A stretch of DNA of 64,000 nucleotides from Candidatus Methylomirabilia bacterium (GTDB lineage: Bacteria > Methylomirabilota > Methylomirabilia > Rokubacteriales > CSP1-6), in contig JBGQFW010000010.1 of the NCBI GenBank assembly GCA_041497115.1, positions 113-64,112 on the forward strand, read 5' to 3'. Shown piece by piece: positions 9,526 to 19,427 of the stretch (positions are counted from its first letter, which is position 1; each line of letters starts with the position of its first letter). The notes below the pieces were generated by a model. It saw nothing but the letters and a program-made list of their open reading frames with translations, did not search any database and was not told where the DNA came from. The position numbers and the translations under genes were made by a program.

Positions 9526-10026
9526 ATGACACCCGTCGTCGGGGGGACGCTCTCCCCCGCCCTCGTGGAGCGGCTGAGCCAGCGCGATCTGCCGCAGCGC
9601 CTGGGCGTGGGGCTGCCGTTCGTCACGGTGGACGCCGAGGGGCGGCCTCATCCCATGCTGGTCTCGTATCTAGAGCTGCGGGCGTATGACGCGCGCACGG
9701 TGGGGCTCGTGATCCAGGCGCGCAGCGCGAGCGCGCGCAACCTGGCCGAGCGCGGCGCGGGCACGCTGATCCTCGTCGAGCCCGACGTGATCGTCTACGT
9801 GAAGCTGCGCGCGCTGGACGGCCCGCTGCCGGTCGACGGGGGCGAACCGCTCGGCCTCGGCTTCTTCCTGCTGGAGGTGGTGGAGACGCGCGAGGACACC
9901 GCCGCCGACTGGGAGGCCGGCATGCGCATCACCGGGCCGATCCGCTATGCGCCGGCGCCGACGCTGGGCGAGCCGTGGGCGCGCGCGACGCTGGCCGCCC
10001 TGGCGGCGCCGCGCGCGCGGGCCTGA
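9526..10026 (+). CDS. Pyridoxamine-5-phosphate-oxidase-like (split-barrel FMN-binding fold) family protein
   Basis: About 166 aa starting at the in-frame ATG at 9526. The family assignment rests on general resemblance only. Confidence 0.45.
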   Translation: MTPVVGGTLSPALVERLSQRDLPQRLGVGLPFVTVDAEGRPHPMLVSYLELRAYDARTVGLVIQARSASARNLAERGAGTLILVEPDVIVYVKLRALDGPLPVDGGEPLGLGFFLLEVVETREDTAADWEAGMRITGPIRYAPAPTLGEPWARATLAALAAPRARA

Positions 10027-10032
10027 CGCGGG

Positions 10033-11118
<1,086 letters not shown>

Positions 11119-11178
11119 GTCGAACCTCCTTGGGGCGAACGCGGAATCCAGTATAGCGCGGCGCCCCGCGGGCAGCGG

Positions 11179-11700
11179 TCAGCGGCTGACCTCGCGCACG
11201 AGGTGGCCGAGCTCGGGCAGCAGCAGCCGCTCGAGCGCCAGCCGGCAGGCGTTGGGCGACCCCGGCAGCGAGACGACGATGCGGCGGGCGTGCACGCCCA
11301 TCTGCGCGCGCGACAGCATCGCCGCCGCGCCGACTTCCTGGTAGGACAGCACGCGGAACAGCTCGCCGAAGCCGGGCAGCCGCTTGTCGAGCAGCGCGGT
11401 CACCGCCTCGTAGGTGGAGTCGCGCGAGGTGATGCCGGTGCCGCCGGTGAGGAGGACGATCTGCACGCGGGCGTCGGCACACGCCTCGCGCACCACGCGA
11501 GTGACGTCGGCGGGCTCGTCGCGGACGATCGCCGAGCCGACGACGACGTGGCCGGCGCCGGTCAGGAGCTCGCGCACGAGGGCGCCGCTGGTGTCCGTCT
11601 CCGCCGTCTTCGTGTCCGACACGGTCAGCACGAAGCACCCGATCGCCGTCGGCGCCGTCTTGCGATGCTCGTCGGGCGTGGAGGGCAGCGGCCGGCTCAC
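11179..11700 (-). CDS. moaB: Molybdenum cofactor biosynthesis protein B (MoaB/MogA family)
   Basis: LTVSDT...LLTGGTGITSRDSTYEA...MLSRAQMGV...SLPGSPNA. The GTG start at 11700 overlaps the glcF stop (GTGA). Confidence 0.8.
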   Translation of the reverse strand: MSRPLPSTPDEHRKTAPTAIGCFVLTVSDTKTAETDTSGALVRELLTGAGHVVVGSAIVRDEPADVTRVVREACADARVQIVLLTGGTGITSRDSTYEAVTALLDKRLPGFGELFRVLSYQEVGAAAMLSRAQMGVHARRIVVSLPGSPNACRLALERLLLPELGHLVREVSR

Positions 11701-13019
11701 GACGACGGACCTCCGCCGGCGCGATCGAGGATCTCCACGAGGTGCAGCACCGGCAGATCGAGGCCGCGCGCGCGCAGCCCGGTCTGGATCTGCAAGATGC
11801 AGCCGGGGTTGGCGGTGACGACCGCCTCCGCCCGGGTGGACTCGACGTTGGCGATCTTGCGGCGCAGCAGGCGGTCGGCCATCTCCGGCTGCGTGAGGTT
11901 GTAGATGCCGGCCGAGCCGCAGCACCAGTCGGCCTCCGGCAGGTCCACGAGGCGCAGGCCGGGGATCTGGGCGAGGAGGTCGCGCGGCTGGCGGCGGATC
12001 TTCTGCCCGTGCACGACGTGGCAGGGATCGTGATAGGTGACGGTCAGCGGCACCGGCGCCAGCGGCCCCCGCAGCGGCGCCCGCGCCAGGAACTCGGCGA
12101 TGTCCTGCACGGTCCGCGCGAAGCGCGCGGCCCGCTCGCCCCAGCCCGGCACGCCGGCCAGGAGCGCGCCATACGCCTTCATGTGGGCGCCGCACCCCGA
12201 CGTGTTGACGATCACCGCCTCGGCGCCGGCCGCCTCGAACGTCTCGATCGTCCGCCTGGCCATCTCGAGCGCGCGCGCGTGGTCGCCGCCGTGCGCGTTG
12301 AGGGCGCCGCAGCACCCCTGGCCGGGCGGCGCCAGTACGTCGCAGCCGTTGCGCGCCAGCACGCGCGCCGTCGCGCGGTTGTGCGCGCCGAACACGACCG
12401 ACTGCACGCAGCCGGTCAGCAGCGCCACGCGCGCGCGGCGGGGAGCGGCGGCGGGCGTGAGCGACGGCAGCGGCGCGCGCTCGCGGGCGGCGGGCAGCCG
12501 CGGCAGCAGCGCCTCCCACGCCGGCAGCGTGCCCGGCAACAGGCGGGCGACACCGGTCGCGCGCACCAGCGCCTGCAGACCGCTCGCCTGGTAGAGACGC
12601 AGCCCGGCGGCGGCGGCGCGCAGGACGCGCGGACGGCCCAGCAACAGCCCGAAGTTGAGCCAGCGGAAGACGCGCCGTCCGACACCGCCCGGCCGCTGGC
12701 GCTCGATCTCGGCCTTGGCGGCCTCGATGAGGCGCCCGTAGGGGACGCCGGAGGGGCACGCCGTCTCGCACGCCCGGCAGTCGAGGCAGAGCGAGAGATG
12801 CGCGACCGTCGGCGCAGTGAGGCCGATGCGCCCCTCGGCGAGCGACTTGATGAGGAAGATGCGCCCGCGCGGCGAGTCCATCTCGGTGCCGAGCTCGGCG
12901 AACGTCGGGCACGACGCCAGGCACAGGCCGCAGTGCACGCACTGGTTCACGCCCTCGACGCTGAGCCCGTGCAGCGCCAGCGCCGGCGGCGGCGGCGTCT
13001 CGGACGTCGCGGGGGCCAT
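11697..13019 (-). CDS. glcF: Glycolate oxidase iron-sulfur subunit
   Basis: Two ferredoxin-type motifs (CVHCGLCLASCP and CLDCRACETACP) plus two CCG domains (GCCG and WCCGSAG). The in-frame ATG is at 13019. Confidence 0.85.
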   Translation of the reverse strand: MAPATSETPPPPALALHGLSVEGVNQCVHCGLCLASCPTFAELGTEMDSPRGRIFLIKSLAEGRIGLTAPTVAHLSLCLDCRACETACPSGVPYGRLIEAAKAEIERQRPGGVGRRVFRWLNFGLLLGRPRVLRAAAAGLRLYQASGLQALVRATGVARLLPGTLPAWEALLPRLPAARERAPLPSLTPAAAPRRARVALLTGCVQSVVFGAHNRATARVLARNGCDVLAPPGQGCCGALNAHGGDHARALEMARRTIETFEAAGAEAVIVNTSGCGAHMKAYGALLAGVPGWGERAARFARTVQDIAEFLARAPLRGPLAPVPLTVTYHDPCHVVHGQKIRRQPRDLLAQIPGLRLVDLPEADWCCGSAGIYNLTQPEMADRLLRRKIANVESTRAEAVVTANPGCILQIQTGLRARGLDLPVLHLVEILDRAGGGPSS

Positions 13020-13027
13020 GGTCTCCG

Positions 13028-14329
13028 TCAGATCCCGGCCACGAAGCGGCCGGGGTTGAGCACGTTGTTGGGATCGAGCTGCGCCTTGATGCGCTGCATG
13101 ATACGACCGGCGGGACCGGCGTCGTCCCACACCGGGACCTGCGACTTCACCGCCAGCGGCGCCCACGCCAGCGTCGAGTGACCGCCACCGGCACGCGCGA
13201 GCTCCCGCCACTCGGTCAGCACCGCCGCCACCGTGGCCGCCTCGCGGCCGCTCGTCAGCGCGCCGGTGACGGCGCCGACGCCGGCGTGAGCGGTCCACGC
13301 GCTGGCCAGGCCGTGCCGGCGCGCGGTCGCCGCGCCGCGCTCCATGGTCTCCGCCGCCAGCGTCGGCAGCACGCCGAAGGTCATGACCGCCGCCGGCGAC
13401 GGGAAGGCGTCGCGCGCCAGCGCGGCCAGTCGCGGCCACGCCGCCGCCGCCAGCGTCGTCGGCGCGCCGCCGCCGAGCGGCGCCACCAGGCCGGCCAGCT
13501 CGCCCATCTGCGCCTCCACCTGCTCGCGCAGGCCGTCGAAGCCGACGACGAGACTGACCGGGCCCAGCCCGAGCGCGGCGCCGGCGGTGGCGTCCACGAT
13601 CTCCACCGCGTTGGGGATCAGCTCGCCGCCCAGGAGCGCGCGCACGGCGGCGCCGCACGCCTCGAGCCGGTCGAAGGTCACCGCCACCAGCCGCTCCTCG
13701 TCGGGCCGCGGCCGCAGCTTGAACGTCGCCTCCACCACGATGCCGAGCGTGCCGTAGGCGCCGACGAAGAGCTTGGGCAGGTCGTAGCCCGCCACGTTCT
13801 TCACGACCTTGCCGCCGCCGTGCACGACGGCGCCGTCGGCGGTGACCACGGTCACGCCGATCAGGAGGTCGCGCACGGTGCCGTAGAGATGGCGCCGGGG
13901 CCCCGAGGCGTTGGCGGCGATGACACCGCCCAGCGTGGCGCGCGCGGCGTCGGGCGGGTCGAGCGACAGCCACTGCCCGCGCGCGGCGAGCGCCGCCTGC
14001 AGCGCCTCGAGCGTCATGCCGGCCTCGGCGGTGACGGTGAGGTCGCCGGGCTCGTGCTCGAGGAGCCGGCTCAGGCGCGTGAGGCCGAGCACCATGCCGG
14101 CGCGCGCGGGCGGGGCGCCGACGGCGGCGGCGGTGCCGCCGCCCCACGGCGTGATCGGCAGCCCGGCAGCGGCCGCCTGCCGGACGACCGTCGCCACCTC
14201 GTCCACCGAGCCGGGGAACACGGCGACGTCGGGCGTGCGCCCCTCGACGACGAAGGGCGACAGCTCGACACCGGTGAGGACGTTCGGGGCGCCGAGCGTG
14301 GCCCGAAGCGTGTCGAGCAGCGCCTCCAC
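13028..14329 (-). CDS. glcE: Glycolate oxidase FAD-binding subunit
   Basis: FAD_binding_4-type pattern: PWGGGT, GGVIAANASGPRR..YGTVRDLLIG, KNVAGYDL. The start is taken as the GTG at 14329. There is no in-frame ATG near the domain start, so the start is uncertain. Confidence 0.7.
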   Translation of the reverse strand: MEALLDTLRATLGAPNVLTGVELSPFVVEGRTPDVAVFPGSVDEVATVVRQAAAAGLPITPWGGGTAAAVGAPPARAGMVLGLTRLSRLLEHEPGDLTVTAEAGMTLEALQAALAARGQWLSLDPPDAARATLGGVIAANASGPRRHLYGTVRDLLIGVTVVTADGAVVHGGGKVVKNVAGYDLPKLFVGAYGTLGIVVEATFKLRPRPDEERLVAVTFDRLEACGAAVRALLGGELIPNAVEIVDATAGAALGLGPVSLVVGFDGLREQVEAQMGELAGLVAPLGGGAPTTLAAAAWPRLAALARDAFPSPAAVMTFGVLPTLAAETMERGAATARRHGLASAWTAHAGVGAVTGALTSGREAATVAAVLTEWRELARAGGGHSTLAWAPLAVKSQVPVWDDAGPAGRIMQRIKAQLDPNNVLNPGRFVAGI

Positions 14330-14345
14330 GACGTGCCGCCCGCGC

Positions 14346-15821
14346 TCAGAAGCGCTGGGCGAGGCCCCGCTCTTCGATCGCGTGCGGCCGATAGGCGACC
14401 GGCCCGGCCTCGACACACGACTTCTTCGTCGGGAACATCTTGCCGGGATTGCAGAGGCCGGTCGGGTTGAACGCGCGCTTGAGCTTCTCCATGAAAGCAA
14501 GATCGGCGGCGGAGAAGATGAAGGGCATGAAATCGGATTTCTCCAGCCCGATGCCGTGCTCGCCGGAGATCGAGCCGCCGACCTCGGCACAGACCTTCAT
14601 GATCTCGGCGCCGGCCGCCACGACCCGCGCCTCCTCGCCCGGCTTGCGCGGGTCGTAGAGGATGTTGGGATGCAGGTTGCCGTCGCCGGCGTGGAACACG
14701 TTGCCCACGCGCAGCCCGGCGGCGGCCACGATCGCGTTCACGCGGCCGAGCACGTAGGGCAGCTTCGTCCTCGGAATGACGCCGTCCATCACCATGTAGG
14801 CGGGCGAGACGCGCCCGTAGGCGCCGAACGCCGACTTGCGCCCCTTCCACAGCAGCTGCCGCTCGGCCTCGTCGGCCGCCGTGCGCACCTCGCGCGCCCC
14901 CGACTCGCGGCAGGCGGCGACGATGCGCTCCGCCTGGGCCTCCATGCCGACCCGCAGCCCGTCCAGCTCGATCAGCAGCGCGGCGGCGGCGTCGCGCGGA
15001 TAGCCGCAGCCGAACGCGTCCTCCACCGCCTGGATCGTCAGCTGGTCGATCATCTCCACCGCGGCCGGCACCAGACCGCGTGCGATGATCGCCGAGACGG
15101 CGGCCGACGCCTGCTCGATCTGATCGAACACGGCGAGCACGGTCTTGACGGCCTGGGGCTTGCGGAGGATCCGCACCGCGATCTTGGTGGCGATGCCGAA
15201 GGTCCCCTCGGAGCCGACGAACACGCCGGGCAGGTCGTAGCCGGGCGCGTCGCGCGTCCGGCCCCCCAGCCAGACGATCTCGCCGTCGGGCAGCACCACC
15301 TCGAGGCCGAGGACGTGGTTGACGGTCACGCCGTACTTGAGCGTGTGCGGTCCGCCCGAGTTGTTGGCGATGTTCCCGCCGATCGTGCACGCCTGCTGGC
15401 TGGAGGGATCGGGCGCGTAGTAGTAGCCGCGCGGGCCGACCGCCCACGACAGGTGCAGGTTGACGAGGCCCGGCTCGACGACCGCGACCTGGTTGTCGTA
15501 GTCCACCTCGAGCACGCGGTTCATCCGCATCAGCGAGAGGACGAGCCCGCCCTCGGCGGGCAGGCAGCCACCCGACAGCCCGGTGCCGGCGCCCCGCGCG
15601 ACGAAGGGTAGCCCCTCGCGGTTGGCGACGCGCACGACGGCGGCCACGTGCTCGGCGCTGATCGGGAACACGACGAAGTCGGCGAGGGCGCGGAAGAGCG
15701 TGAGCCCGTCGGACTCGTAGACCAGCAGCTCGTCGGGCTCGGACAGCACGCCGCCCCGTCCGACGATGGCCTCCAGCTCCCGGCGGAGCGTGGACTTGCG
15801 ATCAGCGGTCAGGGTGGCCAT
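14346..15821 (-). CDS. glcD: Glycolate oxidase subunit GlcD (FAD-linked oxidase)
   Basis: ARGAGTGLSGG, ACTIGGNIANNSGGPHTLKYGVT, GYDL, GSEGTFG, and HAGDGNLHPN...SGEHGIG. The in-frame ATG is at 15821. Confidence 0.9.
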   Translation of the reverse strand: MATLTADRKSTLRRELEAIVGRGGVLSEPDELLVYESDGLTLFRALADFVVFPISAEHVAAVVRVANREGLPFVARGAGTGLSGGCLPAEGGLVLSLMRMNRVLEVDYDNQVAVVEPGLVNLHLSWAVGPRGYYYAPDPSSQQACTIGGNIANNSGGPHTLKYGVTVNHVLGLEVVLPDGEIVWLGGRTRDAPGYDLPGVFVGSEGTFGIATKIAVRILRKPQAVKTVLAVFDQIEQASAAVSAIIARGLVPAAVEMIDQLTIQAVEDAFGCGYPRDAAAALLIELDGLRVGMEAQAERIVAACRESGAREVRTAADEAERQLLWKGRKSAFGAYGRVSPAYMVMDGVIPRTKLPYVLGRVNAIVAAAGLRVGNVFHAGDGNLHPNILYDPRKPGEEARVVAAGAEIMKVCAEVGGSISGEHGIGLEKSDFMPFIFSAADLAFMEKLKRAFNPTGLCNPGKMFPTKKSCVEAGPVAYRPHAIEERGLAQRF

Positions 15822-15856
15822 GAATGCCCGGAGTATACCCCGTTCGCTGCTCCGTC

Positions 15857-18139
15857 CTAGAGACCGCCCAGCAGGACCGTGGCCGCGCCGACGATCGCCT
15901 CGGCGTCGATGCCGTAGTGGCGGTAGAGGTCCGCACGGGTCCCCGACTGGCCGAAGGCGTCCACGCCGAGCGCCTGCTGCGGGACGCCGAGCGCGCCGCC
16001 GAGGAACGCGAGCGCGTGCGAGTGGCCGTCGAGGACCGACACGATGGGAACGTCCTCCTCGTCGGCCGTGACGAGGCTCTCCAGATAGGGCCGGGGCTCG
16101 CGCAGGCCGCGGTAGAGCCGGTCGGGACTGGTGACGACGAAGACGCTCGGGAACGCGCCCCGCTCGCCCAGGCGCCCGGCGGCCGCCATCGCCTCCGGCA
16201 CCGTCACGCCGGTGGCGAAGACGTGGACGGCCCGCTCGGGCGTCCAGCCCGGCGCGCGCCGCCCGTCGAGCAGGCGATAGCCGCCGGCCAGCACGGCCGC
16301 CCGCTGCGCTGCGCTCGGCGCCGGCGCCAGCCGCTGGTCCACCGGCGCCGTGCTCAGCCGCAGGTAGAGACTCTCGCGCCGCGCGGCCACCGCACGCAGG
16401 CCGGCCAGCAGGATCCACTCCACCTCGCGCGCGAACGCCGGCTCGTAGTACGCGAGGTCGGGCAGCGTGAGGCCGATGCCCGGCGTGATGACGGACTGGT
16501 GGGCGCCCCCCTCGGGCGCCAGGCTCACCCCCGACGGGGTGGCGACGACGACGAAGCGCGCGCCGGCGTAGAGCGCGTGGTAGAGCGCGTCGAGGCCGCG
16601 CGTGACGAAGGGGTCGTAGAGCGTGCCGATGGGCAGCAGCGTGCGGCCGGACAGCTCGGCCGTCAGCCCGAGCGCGGCGAGCAACAGGAAGAGATCGTGC
16701 TCGGCGATGCCGAGCTCGATGTGCTGGCCGCCGGGACCCTCGCGCCACTTGAGGGGCTGCGGCACGTCGGCGAACGGGTCCGGCCGCGCCTCGGGAAAAT
16801 AGATCCCCTTGCGGTTCATCCAGCCGGCCAGATGCGTCGTCACCGCGACGTCGGCCGAGACCGTGACGATCGCATCGCCGACCGGCAGCCGGCCGAGCGC
16901 GGTGAGGGCGCGCCCGAACCCCTCCTGGGTGGACGCCAGCTCGGGGTACGCCTCGTCGAGCGCCTCGGGGACGTCGGGCGCAGGTGGCGCCGGCGGCGGC
17001 GTGAACAACGGCGGCAGCGCGGCGATGTGCCGCCCCTCGGGCGAGTCCGGTGCGAACGCCGCCCACTCCTCGCCCGGCGCGACGCCGAGCGCCGCCCGCA
17101 GCTCGTCCAGCTGCGCCGCGCTCGTCACCATCGTGTGGTTGAGCGGATCGCCCGCGAACGGCAGCCCCCAGCCCTTGACGGTGTGGGCGAGAATCACCGA
17201 CGGCCGCTCGCGCTCGCGCCCGGCCGCCGCGTACGCGTCGAGGATCAGCGCGAGGTCGTGGCCGCCGAGGTCGGCGACGAGGTCGGGCAGCGCGGCGTCG
17301 GCAACATCGGCGAGCAGCCGGTCGAGCCCCGCGTCGAGGCCGCCGCCGGGCGCCGTCACCAGCGCCTTGCGCACCCCGCCCGCCGGCAGGCGAAGCACCC
17401 GTTGATACTCGGTCGCGGTCATCGCCTCGAGCCGGGCGCGCAGCCGCTCGCCGCCGGGCCGCGCGAAGCGCGCCTGCAGCCGGCGGCCCCAGCGCAGCTC
17501 GTCCACCCGCCAGCCGCCCGCCCGGAACATGTCGGCGAGCTGGCGGGGCCGCCCGTCGGGGACGATGCGATCGAGGCTCTGCCGATTGACGTCCACGATC
17601 CACAGCACGCCGCCGAGGCGCCGGACGACCTCCTCGCCGAGCATCTCCCCGACGTTGCCCTCGTCCAGCTCGGCGTCGCCGACCATGATCACGAACCGCT
17701 CGGGCGTCCCCACGCCGCCGTGGTCCACCAGATAGCGGCCGGCCAGCGCGCCGAAGGTCGCGGCGACGGCGCCGAGCCCCATCGAGCCGGTCGAGAGATC
17801 GACGACCTCGGGATTCTTGCGGCGGCTCGGATACGCCTGCAGCCCGCCGAAGACCCGCAGGCGCTCGAGATCCTTCGCGCGGAGGCGGCCGCGCAGGTAC
17901 TGGATCGCGTAGAACGCGGGGGACGCGTGGGCCTTCACGGCGACCACGTCCGTCGGGCGCAGCGCCTCGAAGTAGAGCGCGGTGAGCAGGCTGACGACCG
18001 ACGCCGACGACGCCTGATGGCCGCCGACCTTCAGGCCGTCGGTGGCCGGGCGCGCGTTGGCGGCGTGCACCATCCACGCCGACAGCCAGAGCACGCGACG
18101 CTGGATCCGGTCGAGGATGTCGAGCGGCGTCGCGGCCAT
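15857..18139 (-). CDS. Thiamine-diphosphate-dependent E1 enzyme, AceE-like (homodimeric pyruvate dehydrogenase E1 / transketolase superfamily)
   Basis: 760 aa with KVGGHQASSASVVSLLTALYF, the GDAELDEGN TPP motif and transketolase-like central and C-terminal regions. Confidence 0.7.
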   Translation of the reverse strand: MAATPLDILDRIQRRVLWLSAWMVHAANARPATDGLKVGGHQASSASVVSLLTALYFEALRPTDVVAVKAHASPAFYAIQYLRGRLRAKDLERLRVFGGLQAYPSRRKNPEVVDLSTGSMGLGAVAATFGALAGRYLVDHGGVGTPERFVIMVGDAELDEGNVGEMLGEEVVRRLGGVLWIVDVNRQSLDRIVPDGRPRQLADMFRAGGWRVDELRWGRRLQARFARPGGERLRARLEAMTATEYQRVLRLPAGGVRKALVTAPGGGLDAGLDRLLADVADAALPDLVADLGGHDLALILDAYAAAGRERERPSVILAHTVKGWGLPFAGDPLNHTMVTSAAQLDELRAALGVAPGEEWAAFAPDSPEGRHIAALPPLFTPPPAPPAPDVPEALDEAYPELASTQEGFGRALTALGRLPVGDAIVTVSADVAVTTHLAGWMNRKGIYFPEARPDPFADVPQPLKWREGPGGQHIELGIAEHDLFLLLAALGLTAELSGRTLLPIGTLYDPFVTRGLDALYHALYAGARFVVVATPSGVSLAPEGGAHQSVITPGIGLTLPDLAYYEPAFAREVEWILLAGLRAVAARRESLYLRLSTAPVDQRLAPAPSAAQRAAVLAGGYRLLDGRRAPGWTPERAVHVFATGVTVPEAMAAAGRLGERGAFPSVFVVTSPDRLYRGLREPRPYLESLVTADEEDVPIVSVLDGHSHALAFLGGALGVPQQALGVDAFGQSGTRADLYRHYGIDAEAIVGAATVLLGGL

Positions 18140-18179
18140 GCCCGAAGTATACGTCCCGGGCGGCGCGGCGAGGCCGCGC

Positions 18180-19256
18180 TCAGGCGACTTCGATGGCGTT
18201 GCGACCCAGCCGCTTGGCGACGTAGAGCGCGCGGTCGGCGGCGGGGATCAGGTCCTCGCTGCGCAGCACGTCCTCCGGCAGGGCGGCGATGCCGACGCTG
18301 ACGGTGAGCGGGCCGTGACCGAAGGGGTGGCGCTCGATGACGTCGCGGATGCGCTGGGCGTACTTCACGGCGCCGTTCTTGGGCGTGTTCACCAGGAGCA
18401 CGGCGAACTCGTCGCCGCCGTAGCGGGTGACGATCGAGAAGCTGCGCGAATGGGCGACGATGAGCTGCGCCGTCTCCCTGAGCGCCTCGTCGCCCGCGCG
18501 ATGGCCAAGCTGGTCGTTGATGTTCTTGAATCGGTCCACGTCGAGCAGCACGAGCGACAGCGGCTCGCCGAAGCGGGCGTGGCGCTTGGCCTCTTCATCG
18601 ATGCGCAGCGCGAAGTAGCGGCGATTGTAGACGCCGGTGAGCGGGTCCTTGAAGGAGAGCTCCTCCAGCCGCGCGTTGCGGATCGCCACCGCGGCCTGCG
18701 ACGCGAGAGCCTGGATCAGGCTCTCGAGCTCGGGATCGAACGACACCAGCTCGCCCGCCGCGTTGCGCGCGTTGATGAGCTGGAGCACGCCGATCACGTC
18801 CCCGGTCGGGTCCTGGAGCGGGACCACGAGGACCGAGCCGGTCTGATACTCCAGGCGTTCGTCGAGCTCCCGGTTGAAGACGTACGGGCGCCCGGTGGGG
18901 ACGCCGTAGGCGTCGGGGAGGCTGATCGACTGGCCGGTGAGCGCCACGTAGCCGGCCAGGCTCGGCTTCGTCAGCTTCAGCGGCTGGGTCGTGAGCCGTC
19001 GCCGCATCTCGCTCGCGCCCATGCGCCCGGCCAGCACGTCGTTCTGCGCCACCGCAAAGCGCAGGACGTCGCCCTCGCGGAGGAAGAGGGTGCCGCCCTC
19101 GGCGTTGGTGAACCGCCGGGCCTCGCAGACGATCCGCTCCAGCAGCGTGGACAGCTCGCGCTCGCTGGTGAGCGCGATCCCGACCTGGATGAGCTGCTTG
19201 AGCAGGAGGGTCACCTCGGGAGCGGACTTCGTGGGCTCGCTCGCATGCTCGCTCAT
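18180..19256 (-). CDS. GAF-domain diguanylate cyclase (GGDEF)
   Basis: N-terminal GAF domain (LLERIVCEARRFTNAEGGTLFL...). It is followed by DPLTGVYNRRYF...LDVDRFKNINDQLGHRAGDE...RYGGDEFAVLL...ADRALYVAKRLGRN. Confidence 0.85.
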   Translation of the reverse strand: MSEHASEPTKSAPEVTLLLKQLIQVGIALTSERELSTLLERIVCEARRFTNAEGGTLFLREGDVLRFAVAQNDVLAGRMGASEMRRRLTTQPLKLTKPSLAGYVALTGQSISLPDAYGVPTGRPYVFNRELDERLEYQTGSVLVVPLQDPTGDVIGVLQLINARNAAGELVSFDPELESLIQALASQAAVAIRNARLEELSFKDPLTGVYNRRYFALRIDEEAKRHARFGEPLSLVLLDVDRFKNINDQLGHRAGDEALRETAQLIVAHSRSFSIVTRYGGDEFAVLLVNTPKNGAVKYAQRIRDVIERHPFGHGPLTVSVGIAALPEDVLRSEDLIPAADRALYVAKRLGRNAIEVA

Positions 19257-19270
19257 CGGCTTGCGGCAAC

Positions 19271-19287
19271 TGCGAGCCGCATGCCAC
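19271..19287 (-). promoter_or_regulatory. Possible sigma-54-type promoter (TGGCAT-N5-TCGCA) upstream of the GAF-GGDEF gene
   Basis: On the minus strand, TGGCATGCGGCTCGCA has GG and GC separated by 10 nt, with one mismatch in the -12 TTGC box. It lies only 14 nt from the annotated ATG, which is suspiciously close. Confidence 0.3.
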
Positions 19288-19411
19288 CGGGTCGGTCGAC
19301 CTCCAAATTGCCGCTGTCACAGGGTTTTTGTGGTCGGATCGGGACCGAAGTCGGGTGACCGGCGGAAAGTTCGTTACCACTTGGTGATTTTCTTAACGCC
19401 CCTGGTTCGGC

Positions 19412-19417
19412 TACAAT
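19412..19417 (+). promoter_or_regulatory. Possible -10 hexamer TACAAT just upstream of the NtrC-family gene (near-leaderless transcript)
   Basis: TACAAT lies 10 nt before the ATG at 19428. There is no Shine-Dalgarno sequence between them and no convincing -35. Confidence 0.25.
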
Positions 19418-19427
19418 CGAATCGCCC

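Noticed and set aside
14346-18301. 1243-aa ORF 14346..18077(-) and 825-aa ORF 15824..18301(+)
   Set aside because: Only the last 491 codons of the first (glcD) show homology. Its upstream part and the plus-strand ORF overlap the AceE-like gene (15857..18139), which has TPP-enzyme motifs.
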